From Eledone cirrhosa (lineage: Eukaryota): 64,000 nucleotides of DNA. The notes under the pieces are model-generated. The model did not search any database. It had not been told where the DNA came from and saw nothing but the letters and a program-made list of their open reading frames with translations. A program made the translations under genes and the position numbers. Of the stretch, positions 53,545-64,000 are shown one piece after another. The DNA is taken from the NCBI GenBank assembly GCA_964016885.1, contig OZ024742.1:207638001-207702000 (forward strand). The letters run 5' to 3'. How positions within the stretch are numbered: the stretch's first letter is position 1; every line of letters starts with the position of its first letter.

Positions 53545-53810
53545 GCAGACATTTTGGAATATTTTACATATTTTTACTGTTCCATTAATGGATTGTATTT
53601 CTAATTTCATAACAAGTCGTGTGCCTTCTATTTCTGTGAAGCCCAGCTTTTCGAGATTTTTACTGAAGCAGTTACTAATATATCCCAATGCCTCAATAAT
53701 CACAGGTACAAATCTGAAGGTATAGTCAGGGTGAAGTATCTGCAGATTTCTCATTAGTTCTAGATACATATGTATTCTCTACTTTGGTATTAAGCACATC
53801 TTCATGGTAA
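53545..53810 (-). pseudogene. C-terminal restriction-like endonuclease fragment of an R4/Dong-type non-LTR retrotransposon
   Basis: YLELMRNLQILHPDYTFRFVPVIIEALGYI...LEKLGF...SINGTVKICKIF. Confidence 0.72.
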
Positions 53811-54326
53811 ACATAAATGTACAGTGTAAAACATCTACATATATATATATATATGGATACATACATATATACATATATACATACAAACTTACATACATAC
53901 AAACTTACATACATACATAGGTACATATATGTGTGTGTGCGCGTCTTCCTGTATGTGATTAAATGTTTGCATGTATGTTAGCTTATATGTGTACGTGACT
54001 TTGCATAGAATGTGAGTGAGAGAGAGAGTTAGAGAAAGAGAGTCCAAGGGTGTGTATATCTGATATAAGTATTAAATAATCCTTTCATACTTTTATATAT
54101 TGCATATGTTTTGTAACTTCACCTAATTACATATACATGTCTGTATGATAGTGCGTGCGTAACATTTATGTTTTCAGGCATGCCTGTATGTGATATCATA
54201 CACAAAACGCCAACATCAACAATTTTTCAAGAGATGCCAACATGAATGAACCTGTTATTTTCCTTTAAAAACATTTTTTCCAATTTCACCCCGCCCATCC
54301 CTTCAATCTTTCTAATTTCTCATTCT

Positions 54327-54364
54327 TTCTTCTGACGAAGGACTAACGTCCGAAACGTTGAGAA
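54327..54364 (+). ncRNA. Minimal type I hammerhead in a Neptune-like pLTR fragment (54180-54450)
   Basis: UUCUU-CUGACGA-AGGAC UAAC GUCC-GAAACGUU-GAGAA. Confidence 0.78.
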
Positions 54365-54520
54365 CCTCTTCCTGCTATTTCAAGCGTCAATCTAATATAT
54401 TCCTTCCATATATTGTACCGATTTTGTTGTTATATCTGTTTACTTTTACACACACACACACACAAAAACACACACACAACCACACACACACACATACACA
54501 CACACATACACACACACACA

Positions 54521-54598
<78 letters not shown>

Positions 54599-54801
54599 GG
54601 AACGAGTAGGACCCCGATGGCTGAGCTCAGCCGTCAGGGTCCTGCTCATTCCTATTAGCCACTCTACTACCCTAAGTATTGAGTACTTTGGTGCGTTATG
54701 GTCCACCTGGTTCCTTACCACATTTCCTTTGTTATATATATATATATATATATTTTCTATACATTTCATTTATATATATATATATATTTTCTATACATTT
54801 C

Positions 54802-54876
<75 letters not shown>

Positions 54877-56905
54877 TTTATTAAAATAACAGATTAAAGT
54901 TTAAGCAAAGAGTCGCTCCTTTCACCCTTAACGGGATCTTTTGAAACTAACAAAGTCAATCTGTAAACGCAAAGTGGATATTTCAAAAAACGTTGTAACC
55001 GGAGGAAGACAGTAAGACGATACTTTGGTTCGTGGAAACGTTCGCTGGCAAAGAACGTGAAAAAACGAATATAATACGTCATTAATAGGAGCGGTGAAAA
55101 ACAATTACGCGCAAAGACAGAACCACGTTTATGGTATAAAAGAGGTCGTATACTAATGTTCTCTTAGGTGGTTCATAGAGACGTTCTCTGGCAATGAACG
55201 AAAAAAACGAAGATAATACGTCATATGTGGACCGTGGAGAACAATTGCACGCAAAGACAAAACCACGTAAATGGTATAGCAGAAGTCGTAGACTAAAATT
55301 CTAACTAGGAGACCGAATGAATCTCCGCTACAGAGTTAAGAACAAAGTAAATAAATACAATACAGAAGTAATAGAAATAAATAAATAAATCCACGCAAAC
55401 AAAAACATACATACACAAGCATACGCAAAACACTTACCATGGGTATATATACAAAACCACGCGCATATAAATATGTGCGTGTGTGTATGCGTGTATACAA
55501 ATAAATAAATAATTATATAAACGTATATAAATAAATAAATACGTATATAACAAGCGCACACACATACCTACATGTAAATACACGAATGTCCGGAGACGTA
55601 ATTCAACCAAAACATGAAGTACACATATACACACACCCTACACACGTACGAACCTGCATACTCACACAGACGCAAAACTCCCGTATACACATAGCCAAAC
55701 CATATGTACCAGAATATATAAATTTTATACGCCATACCATAAAAAATCAAATATACGTACGAGAAGGTATACGTACCTTCACAAAACATACGGGTAATAT
55801 ATACTTACCTATGCAAATAAGTAATGGTATAAACAAAACATATACTTAGCTCCCATATCAAGACGTAAAATATCCACGTACAGATCGTACTATCCGTTAG
55901 GGTATAACGTAGGGCCGTAATACAGGAAGTTTTTGTGCAATTTATGTGTACAAGCCGAAATTGCCTCAGATTTTTTGTTTAACATGTGGTCTGTGGCGTA
56001 GATTATTTCCAGGGCCTCAGCGGCGCAGAGGTCACATGGTCTTTTATTTCCGTTATTCGATCTAGCCCTAGCTAGGATCTCCCAGTGTAACCTGTATTGG
56101 GTGTGGTTGTCTTTTAGACTCCAGATATAAGCTGAAAATGACGTCATATTCCTTCTTAGAGGGTAACGAAAAGAATGGGTATGCATGTAAAGACGCTGCT
56201 TGAATCTATTGGCGGTTAACCCTATGTAGGCCCTACGGGACGTGGGTGTTACAACCTTACATTTGTAGACAATGCTACTAGAGAGGCCTTTCCCGGAAAG
56301 GGGGCAATCAACCCGATTCCTACAATTACAGTTAGTACTAACTAGAGGGTTGCACATGTTCCTACGGCTAGGTAGTTTAGCTAAATTTGAAGCTGTGATG
56401 TTATGTGCAAGGTTAGGAGTCGTAGAGTAAGACATTTTAATAGTATTTCTATTAAACATTTTACTATATTTATGTGTAGGGGGAAAATGCTTCGTAATAA
56501 GGGAAAGAAAGATCTTAGCTAATGGTGTGGCCACCTCCATATTATATGGTGGGTTATACCAACAAATGCGACGGGATCTATTTCTTCTAGGTCTATTTTC
56601 GTACTCTGTATATGCTACCTTATCGACAAATCCACTTCGAGCAAGAGCTTCATTGTAATAAGTGGAATGGTCGTTGAAAATACGCTCGTTGGTGGAAAGA
56701 CGGGAAAGCTTCAACGAAACATTTCTTACCATGTTCTTGGTTATGCTGGCAGGATGGTTGGAATGCTTACTTATGTAATTAAGCGTATCATTCGGCGTTC
56801 TATACGGGTAATACAACCCATTCAATAAATTGAGGGCAACGTCGAGGTAATTAACGACCGAGAAATTGGCCTCAACCTGTATAGAGAGGTTGAAGCCTTT
56901 AAACA
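54877..56905 (-). mobile_element. Penelope-like element (Naiad-like), 5'-truncated
   Basis: Open RT C-terminus + GIY-YIG frame, about 1-kb 3' region with a ~143-bp tandem duplication (55035-55310), terminus abutting (TA)n. Confidence 0.9.
55890..56905 (-). CDS. PLE RT thumb / GIY-YIG endonuclease, uninterrupted 5'-truncated ORF
   Basis: NYLDVAL, SNHP, WYNPPY, FNRNTIKMSYS, CNCR..CPL, IVYKC..YIGLT..FKQR..H, CDLC..E and LNKKSE..C.H. The first ~25 aa of the track ORF are flanking DNA. Confidence 0.88.
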
Positions 56906-57249
56906 TATATATATATATGTTTACGGACACGCACATACACGCTTTCACACCAAGCACTATCACACGGACATGCATATGTAATTAGGTGAAGTTACAAAAC
57001 ATAAGCAATATATAAAAATTATGAAAGGATTATTCAATACTTATATCAGATATACACACCCTCGGCTTCTCTTTCGCTCTCTTACTTACTCTCATTCTAT
57101 GCAAAGTCACATGCAAACATTTAATCACATAAATGAAAACACGCACACACACATATATGTACCTATATATGAATGTAAGTATGTATGTATGTATCCATGT
57201 ATATATGTAGATGTTGTATAGACGTATATACATGTATGCATGTATATGC

Positions 57250-57590
57250 GCAAGGGCATAGAAATAATCGGGCTGGATACCCGATCGCGTGGTTAAACCA
57301 CGGAGAGTGAAGGACCCCTATCCTTTGTCAGCGTATTCTTCTAGGAGAAGGCAACTCAGGAAACTGGGATAACTCCGACATAAAACCTGCGGCTCAGTAG
57401 TTACCGATGATGCTGATCTTTTCTTCTTTTCGGGTTATAGCTACTGTCGTTCAGAGAGTGGGATTGGCTCAGTGCACAGTCTTTCCTCAAATATCTTCAG
57501 GCACAGGCATCACTCAGTGGCATTAATTGATAATTATTAATCATTTTATATGGTGCAATGGCCATACTCGATAACGAGGGGGCAGCCATT
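57250..57590 (+). mobile_element. Bipartite RTE-derived element, third copy
   Basis: CTAGGAGAAGGCAACTC, GAGAGTGGGATTGG and 3' GGCCATACTCGATAACGAGGGGGCAGCCA match 9582-10190. Confidence 0.6.
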
Positions 57591-58080
57591 ATGTAGATGT
57601 TTAATTTTATAAACACATAAACACACACACATACATATATATGTGTGTTGTGATTCTGCGGGCATATGTGTGGGTGTGTTTGAATATATGTCTATTTGTT
57701 TGTGTGTTTACTGACACCTTCTGGATATGGTTTATGTAATTTCAAAAGGGTGCAAAACTTCATATCGTGAGTTAATTAACTGAAGTAATATACAGCTTTT
57801 GAATATGTAGAAATCGAAAGTAAAGTTTCGAGCGTGTATGTTCTTGTACAGGCACACATTCATCTTCATCTTAATTGTTAAATGTAGGTAGTGTAGTTAA
57901 ACCACAGTTACTTGTTGTCTATAAACACAAAACAGATCGATCGGATAAGTGTTAACTGGAAGTATAGCGTCATTATAGATAGCCTATCCATTCGTGATAG
58001 TCGATTTTAAACGATGCTTTGATGACATTCCATCAACTTAAACACTCTGCTCCCACAACCCTCCGGCGAATGAGTGGGCA

Positions 58081-58159
58081 AAGAAGAAGAAGACGAAGAA
58101 GAAGAAGAAGAAGAAGAAGAAGAAGAAGAAGAAGAAGAAGAAGAAGAAGAAGAAGAAGA
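58081..58159 (+). repeat. (GAA)n microsatellite
   Basis: Direct reading. Confidence 0.97.
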
Positions 58160-58379
58160 TTTGAGGAAATTTGAGGAATTTTGAATGTAATCAGATTAAT
58201 TCCCTTTCAGAGAACGTGTAGATGTGTTTTAAGAAGGAAAAAAAAAAAAAAAAAAAAAAACTCTTGTATGTTGAATTTCCTAATATATATGAATGTTAGG
58301 GATTGAGCAACGCAGACACTTTGGTGTCAAACATACATAAATACGTATGATTTATTTTTAATTTTATAATTTTATATGT

Positions 58380-58630
58380 CAGCTTTTCTCGGGAGCTTCC
58401 GCCGGTCGCAGATGTTGGTCCAGGCGGCGTTGATGTGCTCCTCTATCTGCGCGGGAGTGATTCCCGTGACCTTGGAGTCGAGGTTGTCATCGTCAAGGTG
58501 TTGGAGGGCCAGGGTGTTGTAGGCCTCTCTGCTGATGACGCAGAATTCTTTTCCCTTGTCGGAGGGGAGGTAGATGAGGTTCTTCGATTTCAGGTTGGAG
58601 AGAGTGGTGAGTTGAGATTTGGTGAGGTTG
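58380..58630 (-). pseudogene. PLE reverse-transcriptase N-terminal (DKG motif) fragment
   Basis: My translation: NLTKSQLTTLSNLKSKNLIYLPSDKGKEFCVISREAYNTLALQHLDD. It is missed by the ORF track. Confidence 0.78.
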
Positions 58631-59076
58631 TGTGTTGTGCGTGTGTGTGTGTGTGTGTTTGTGTAGAATATCCGAGATGGAGTGTTTTAGCCTGATGAGT
58701 TTAGTGTCGAATCAAGGAAGCACTTTGGATTAACCGCCTAGGGCCACAAATAAATAACCGATCCGAGAGAAGCGAAATGAGGTAGTTGGTTTAAACAAAC
58801 GAGGCAACAACACACGCACACACACACACAAGCGAGACAACAACGCACGCACACACACAGTAGCATTCACCAAACAGGCAGGGAATACTACCACCACCAC
58901 ACGAACATACTATTCGACACTGCTAATACAGAAACCAGCACGGACAGATAATACAATGGACTGACAGCTAACGCCACCTCACTCCCACAATTAAAAGAAC
59001 TATTACAGGCGCCGACCTCTGCTTGACCGACCCCATTTCACGCCCCCGCGCGTTCTGCTGAATACCTCAGATAATA

Positions 59077-59375
59077 AAAACAACGAACAGCGGAGTACAC
59101 GTATCGTTCCTATCCGACAGATAACCCCCCTCCGCCCGCAAAACCCCCCAGTTGATGGATGTGAATCCGAAATATAGGGACAATTAAATTCTCCCCCAAA
59201 GTAACTCTATCTCGTGTTATTATTTTTTTATTTTTACGCTCTTTCCTACGTTCTTCTACACACTATACATCTCATTCTACATTCACTTACATCTCTCTCT
59301 TCACCACCGGATCTTGTTACCCGGAGAATTACCCATCTGCATTGTTGAGGCTTCCAAAACGTCCTAAACTATATA

Positions 59376-59457
<82 letters not shown>

Positions 59458-60844
59458 TATAAATATAAATGCACAAACACAGACACACTTACAAAAATAC
59501 ACTCACATACATGCATTCACACATACATTCACACAAACACACACACATGGAGAGAAATTGCTTACATTTATATATAGATTGTAGGAGTGTTTTGAGTGCG
59601 TTTGACTGCTATTTCCAGTAGATCAATTTCAAAGATGCTCTCTTGATATCTCGTAGTTTTTATTGATGTTTTTTCACCGTTTCTGTGTTGACCATACCAC
59701 GCATTCTTTCCAAATTACGGTATCGCATCCTTTTTGTTTAAGAAGTTAAGGTATGCTCTGCATGAACTTGGTTACTATAATTAGCAGTCTGGTTTTCTTT
59801 ATATCTTGATATCACATTGCTGCAGTATTTTCTTTTCTTTTCGCTATTGGAGAAGATAATGTTTTTTTAAACTGCGTTGTTTTTGTTATTCTTCTCGTTG
59901 TTTTTGTTGCTGCTAACCTACATTTTAACGTTGTTTAAACCAAATCCTAAATAAACAACACAAACAACAAACAAAATTTGAGCAACAGCAACACAAACAA
60001 ATACAGTGACAGCATCAAGGAAAATATCCGTAGTTGTAACAAGAGCAATTACAGAATCAATACTATCACCGCCAACAAAAACAATACCCACGCCAACAAA
60101 GCAGACTGGTGGTGGCTTGATCTGCAAGAACAGAATGAAAAAAAAAAAAATTGTGACGGTCCCAGTTGGAATATATTTCTCTGAACTTAGGTCTGCTTTG
60201 TCAAAAGTCTTTTTGGGATAAACAACAAAACAATAACGACATCAACAAGAAGAGCATCCGACACTAATAAGAGAAACAAGAGTTCCAGACAGCTTCATAT
60301 GTCAAATGGTAGAAGAGAAAAAGAGAGAGTAGCAGATCCTAAAACTGAGTGAGAGAGAAAGAGAGGGCGGGGGAGGGGGGCAGTGAGAGAGAGGGGGGAG
60401 TGTGAAACAGAAAAAGAGTTGTGTTCGTTCAGTGTATGCAATTTGGGTGCACGTGTACTAATGGAGCGTTTTATATGATGATCATTCGAGGGCCAAGTGA
60501 AACAGTATGGTAACAAGGCTCATCATTTAGCCCATAATAAATGCAAATATATATATATTCAAAACAACGAACAGCAGAGGATACGTATCGCTCCTCTCCG
60601 ACAGATACCCCCCCCTCCCCCCCGGAAAACACCCCAGTTGATGGCTGTGAATCAGAAATATAGGAACAATTAAATCTTTCCCAAGGTAACTCGTGTTATT
60701 ATTTTTATTTTTTTACGGTCTTTCCTACATTCTTCTACACACTATACATCTCATTCTACATTCACTTACATCTCTCTCTTCACCACCCCGGATCTTGTTA
60801 CCCGGAGATTTACCCATCTGCATTGTTGAGGCTTCCAAAACGTA
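59077..60844 (+). repeat. Two ~285-bp direct repeats (59077-59362, 60561-60844), probable PLE terminal repeats
   Basis: High mutual similarity, each next to (TA)n. Both contain a degenerate hammerhead-like CCC-CAGUUGA..GAAAUAUAGG. Confidence 0.75.
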
Positions 60845-60903
60845 TAAAAGAAAATATATCTTATTTTTCCACAATGCTTCAAGCAAACTTCAATACTCTC
60901 ATA

Positions 60904-60965
<62 letters not shown>

Positions 60966-61246
60966 TGAAAGAATGAAACAGTTCTCGTCTAGTATATATA
61001 TAGTATATATATCTATGAATGAAAGAATGAAACAGTTCTAGTCCTGTAGAATCTCATCTATGTTAAATATATATATATATATATATATATATAGTAATAA
61101 TAATAAATGTGAAGACTAAAATCCCGTTAAGGGTGAAAGCAGCGATTCTTTGCTTAAACTTTAATCTGTTATTCTAATATATATATCTCCGTCCCAACCA
61201 TGGAAAAGGGGACTTAAAATGATGTTAGTGATGATGAGGATAATGA

Positions 61247-61293
<47 letters not shown>

Positions 61294-62111
61294 GAGAATA
61301 GGATTGGCTGTGTCGTTGCTAGTTAAGGTAGCTTAAAATGGAGTGAGAATAAGAAGAAAGCAAGAAGGGGGGGGGGGGGGGGCTCATCAGTTCTCTACTG
61401 GGGGTCTCGGATATTTCCACGCTTTAAATAAATCTATCGCCGGGAGCGTTCAATAACTGTACGAGCAACTTAAGGTAAGAAAATCCAAGACCACAGCGAT
61501 AAGAGAACTTAAGTCCAAGAGCGTGTGTTGGCATATATATATATAGCTTAAAATACTGGGTAATATAGTTAAATAACTGGGTAAGTTATTCGGAAAACGG
61601 AGGGGGAGGGAAGGAATATAGAAGGGAAAAGGGAAGAAAAGAGAAAATAGTTATAATTTGGCAGGGTCTAGCTGCCAATAAAATCATGAACCGGTTGGTT
61701 TTCTAGTCAATGTTTTTTATAAAATCCCAGTCTGTTAGTTTAATAACGAGATGGTTGTTTAGTTGATTGTCAAAGCTCTTTCGTCACTCTTTCTGTGACC
61801 TCCTCCTTGGCTACTTTTGTAGTTATTTTGTTTCTCTCCCTTATTCTGTCCTACACCTTCTTGTTTTCGTGAGCTATGAACTTGCGCAGGTCGTTCTTTA
61901 TATGCAAGTTGGTGTATATGTGTGTTTGTGTGTGCGCAAATATTTGGTTAAGTATCTGTTTCTATTTTATCTGTTTATGTATCAGATTCAGCATAGTTGA
62001 ACTTTTGTTGATGAGCTTTTGTTTGAATGGTTTTACAATGTACATTTGGATATGTGCATGTATGTATGCTTGTATGTAGAAATCTATTTCTCTCTCTCTC
62101 TATCTCGCTAT

Positions 62112-62146
<35 letters not shown>

Positions 62147-62636
62147 CATATATTTATATATATAGAGAGAGAGAGATGTATGTATGTATGTATTCGTACG
62201 CGCACTTATGTATGTGTTTGTGTTTAAGTACCTGTATATCGCTATGTTATCTTTATGTTGACATCACTTAAATCCAGTGCATTTTCATTATGTCTCGTAA
62301 CTCAAGTGCCAGACCGAAGAATAAGTACTTAGGTCGATTTGATCGACTCACCCTTCAAGGAGGCACCCCAGTATTACTCCTGTTCAAAGTCATATTTCAG
62401 GGTAAACGTCTAGAATGTTTTGCATATTTTATAGTATAATTATGTATGAACACATATGTGCCATTCCTCTGTATATCTTGACGTGTAAATGCATGTGTAC
62501 GAAATCATGAATACGTATTAAGTTATGTGTGTATAGAGACTCGAGTGTAAAGATAACAACTGAAGATGACAAAGAGGTAAAATAGAGAAAGTTAATTTCA
62601 TTATAAAGTCAGATTTATTGGGGTAGGATGAAGGGA

Positions 62637-62746
62637 GAAGAAGAAGAAGAAGAAGAAGAAGAAGAAGAAGAAGAAGAAGAAGAAGAAGAAGAAGAAGAAG
62701 AAGAAGAAGAAGAAGAAGAAGAAGAAGAAGAAGAAGAAGAAGAAGA
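62637..62746 (+). repeat. (GAA)n microsatellite
   Basis: Direct reading. Confidence 0.97.
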
Positions 62747-63707
62747 GTTAATAAGTGCTTTACTAGGAGTTATAGAGTGCTGTGGAGTGTTGTGGTGGTA
62801 GTGTATTTTAAATGATAGCGATATTGATATGAATTATAGTATATATGGTGCATTGAAGTATTAGAGTTGGAGATATCGTTGTTGTGTAATGGTAGTAGTA
62901 ATGAAATAGTAGGGGTTTGGAGATAATCGTACAACTGGAAGTAATATTGTTAGTGAAGTGGTTGTACTGTTTGTTGTATTGATGTATGGTGTACTTGAGG
63001 GTGATATAGGTACATACTGAGATGTGGTGCCTGTGACGGCGATGGTAGTAGTGGTGATTTGAGCTTTGATTCAGTGGTGGTGAAGCTGGTGGTATTGGTG
63101 AGGTGTTGGTACGATGGTAAGACTGGAGTTCTTGGCAGTAGTACAATAGCGATGGTGAGCGTGTTGTTAATACAAGTGATGGTGGTTGTGGTGGTGCAGT
63201 TGTAAAGTCATAAAAAATAGCATAGATACTTGCGCAGTGGTGGTGATGAAGACATAGTTCTGTGAGGGGAATACGAAAATGTGCCATTGTTTGCGGAGAA
63301 GTAACAGGAAACAGCATATGATACCAGCGATCATTTCACTTCCGTAATAGACACCCCTCTAACATTCAACGTTTTGTGTATGTGATGTGAGTGTTTGAGC
63401 ATTGCGTATAGTTTTCTGAGGATTGTCTGTGACAGTTTATATAAAGTGTTTGTTTCAGGAATATATGTGTGCATGTATTTAGTGTATGATTGATTATGAA
63501 TATTGCATGTATCCGGGCATGTATAAAAATGGGTGTATGCGTCCATGTGTGTGTGGGGGGGGGGCGTATGTGTGCATGCATGTGTCTGTGTGTGCATGAG
63601 TGTGGCTGTAAATGTATGGACGATGGTTTCTTGAAAGGTGTTATTTTTACAGCAATCATGATTATTCTTGGGTGTATATGTCTATGAGCATGGTGTATGG
63701 TCTAGAA

Positions 63708-63972
63708 CAAAGATTCTCAACGGGGGGCATATGCACCCCGGGGGGGGGGGGGGCATTTCACAACTCCAGAGATGCGTTGGGGGGGGGGGGCTTTTTGGAG
63801 CAAGGGGATATTTGGAGCTTGGGAGGAAGTCACTAGGGGGCGCTGGGAGTCTCTTTACTTTGGTAAGTTTTATAACCCATATTTGTATGTCTCTGAGACA
63901 GCCAATGTGAATGCATTTGAATGAGCATGCAGACAGCATAACTAGGCTCTGACCGCAGCTGTGAGCAGGCGT
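63708..63972. mobile_element. Possible hAT/Charlie-type MITE
   Basis: GTCTAGAA|CAAAGATTCTCAACGGGGG left end and a matching GTCTAGAC at about 63973. The right TIR is poorly conserved. Confidence 0.35.
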
Positions 63973-64000
63973 GTCTAGACATTAAGCGGCAATTGAGATC

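Noticed and set aside
55035-55310. Possible SECIS in the Naiad-like 3' region (some Naiads encode selenoproteins)
   Set aside because: No in-frame TGA in the ORF, and the ATGA motifs lack the apical AA and proper helix.
58690-58790. CTGATGA...GAAA as a hammerhead (also 61383-61390 and 255-305)
   Set aside because: Stems I and III could not be formed convincingly, or the core is mutated.

Overview
AT-rich, microsatellite-saturated eukaryotic DNA with no recognisable host exon. The SINE families and the (TA)n/(CA)n load suggest a coleoid cephalopod (octopus-like) intergenic or intronic region; this is an inference. Almost all ORF-track entries are microsatellite artefacts. The real content is nested mobile DNA. 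DNA transposons: a Mutator/Phantom-like element, a hATm element with 8-bp TSD, and two groups of non-autonomous Helitrons, some head-to-tail. Non-LTR retroelements: a decayed RTE LINE, a decayed L1/Tx1 LINE, an R4/Dong-type fragment, about 10 tRNA/Nin-domain SINEs and three bipartite RTE-derived elements. Penelope-like elements (PLEs): fragments of at least four. The main signal invisible to the ORF track is about 20 type I hammerhead-ribozyme folds, about 12 with intact or compensated cores, folded by eye and not computed. They sit in many of the blocks between (TA)n tracts, often as fold-back insertions. They include a retrozyme-like 535-bp tandem unit, a U3-A8 compensated core and family-level position-4 core variants.
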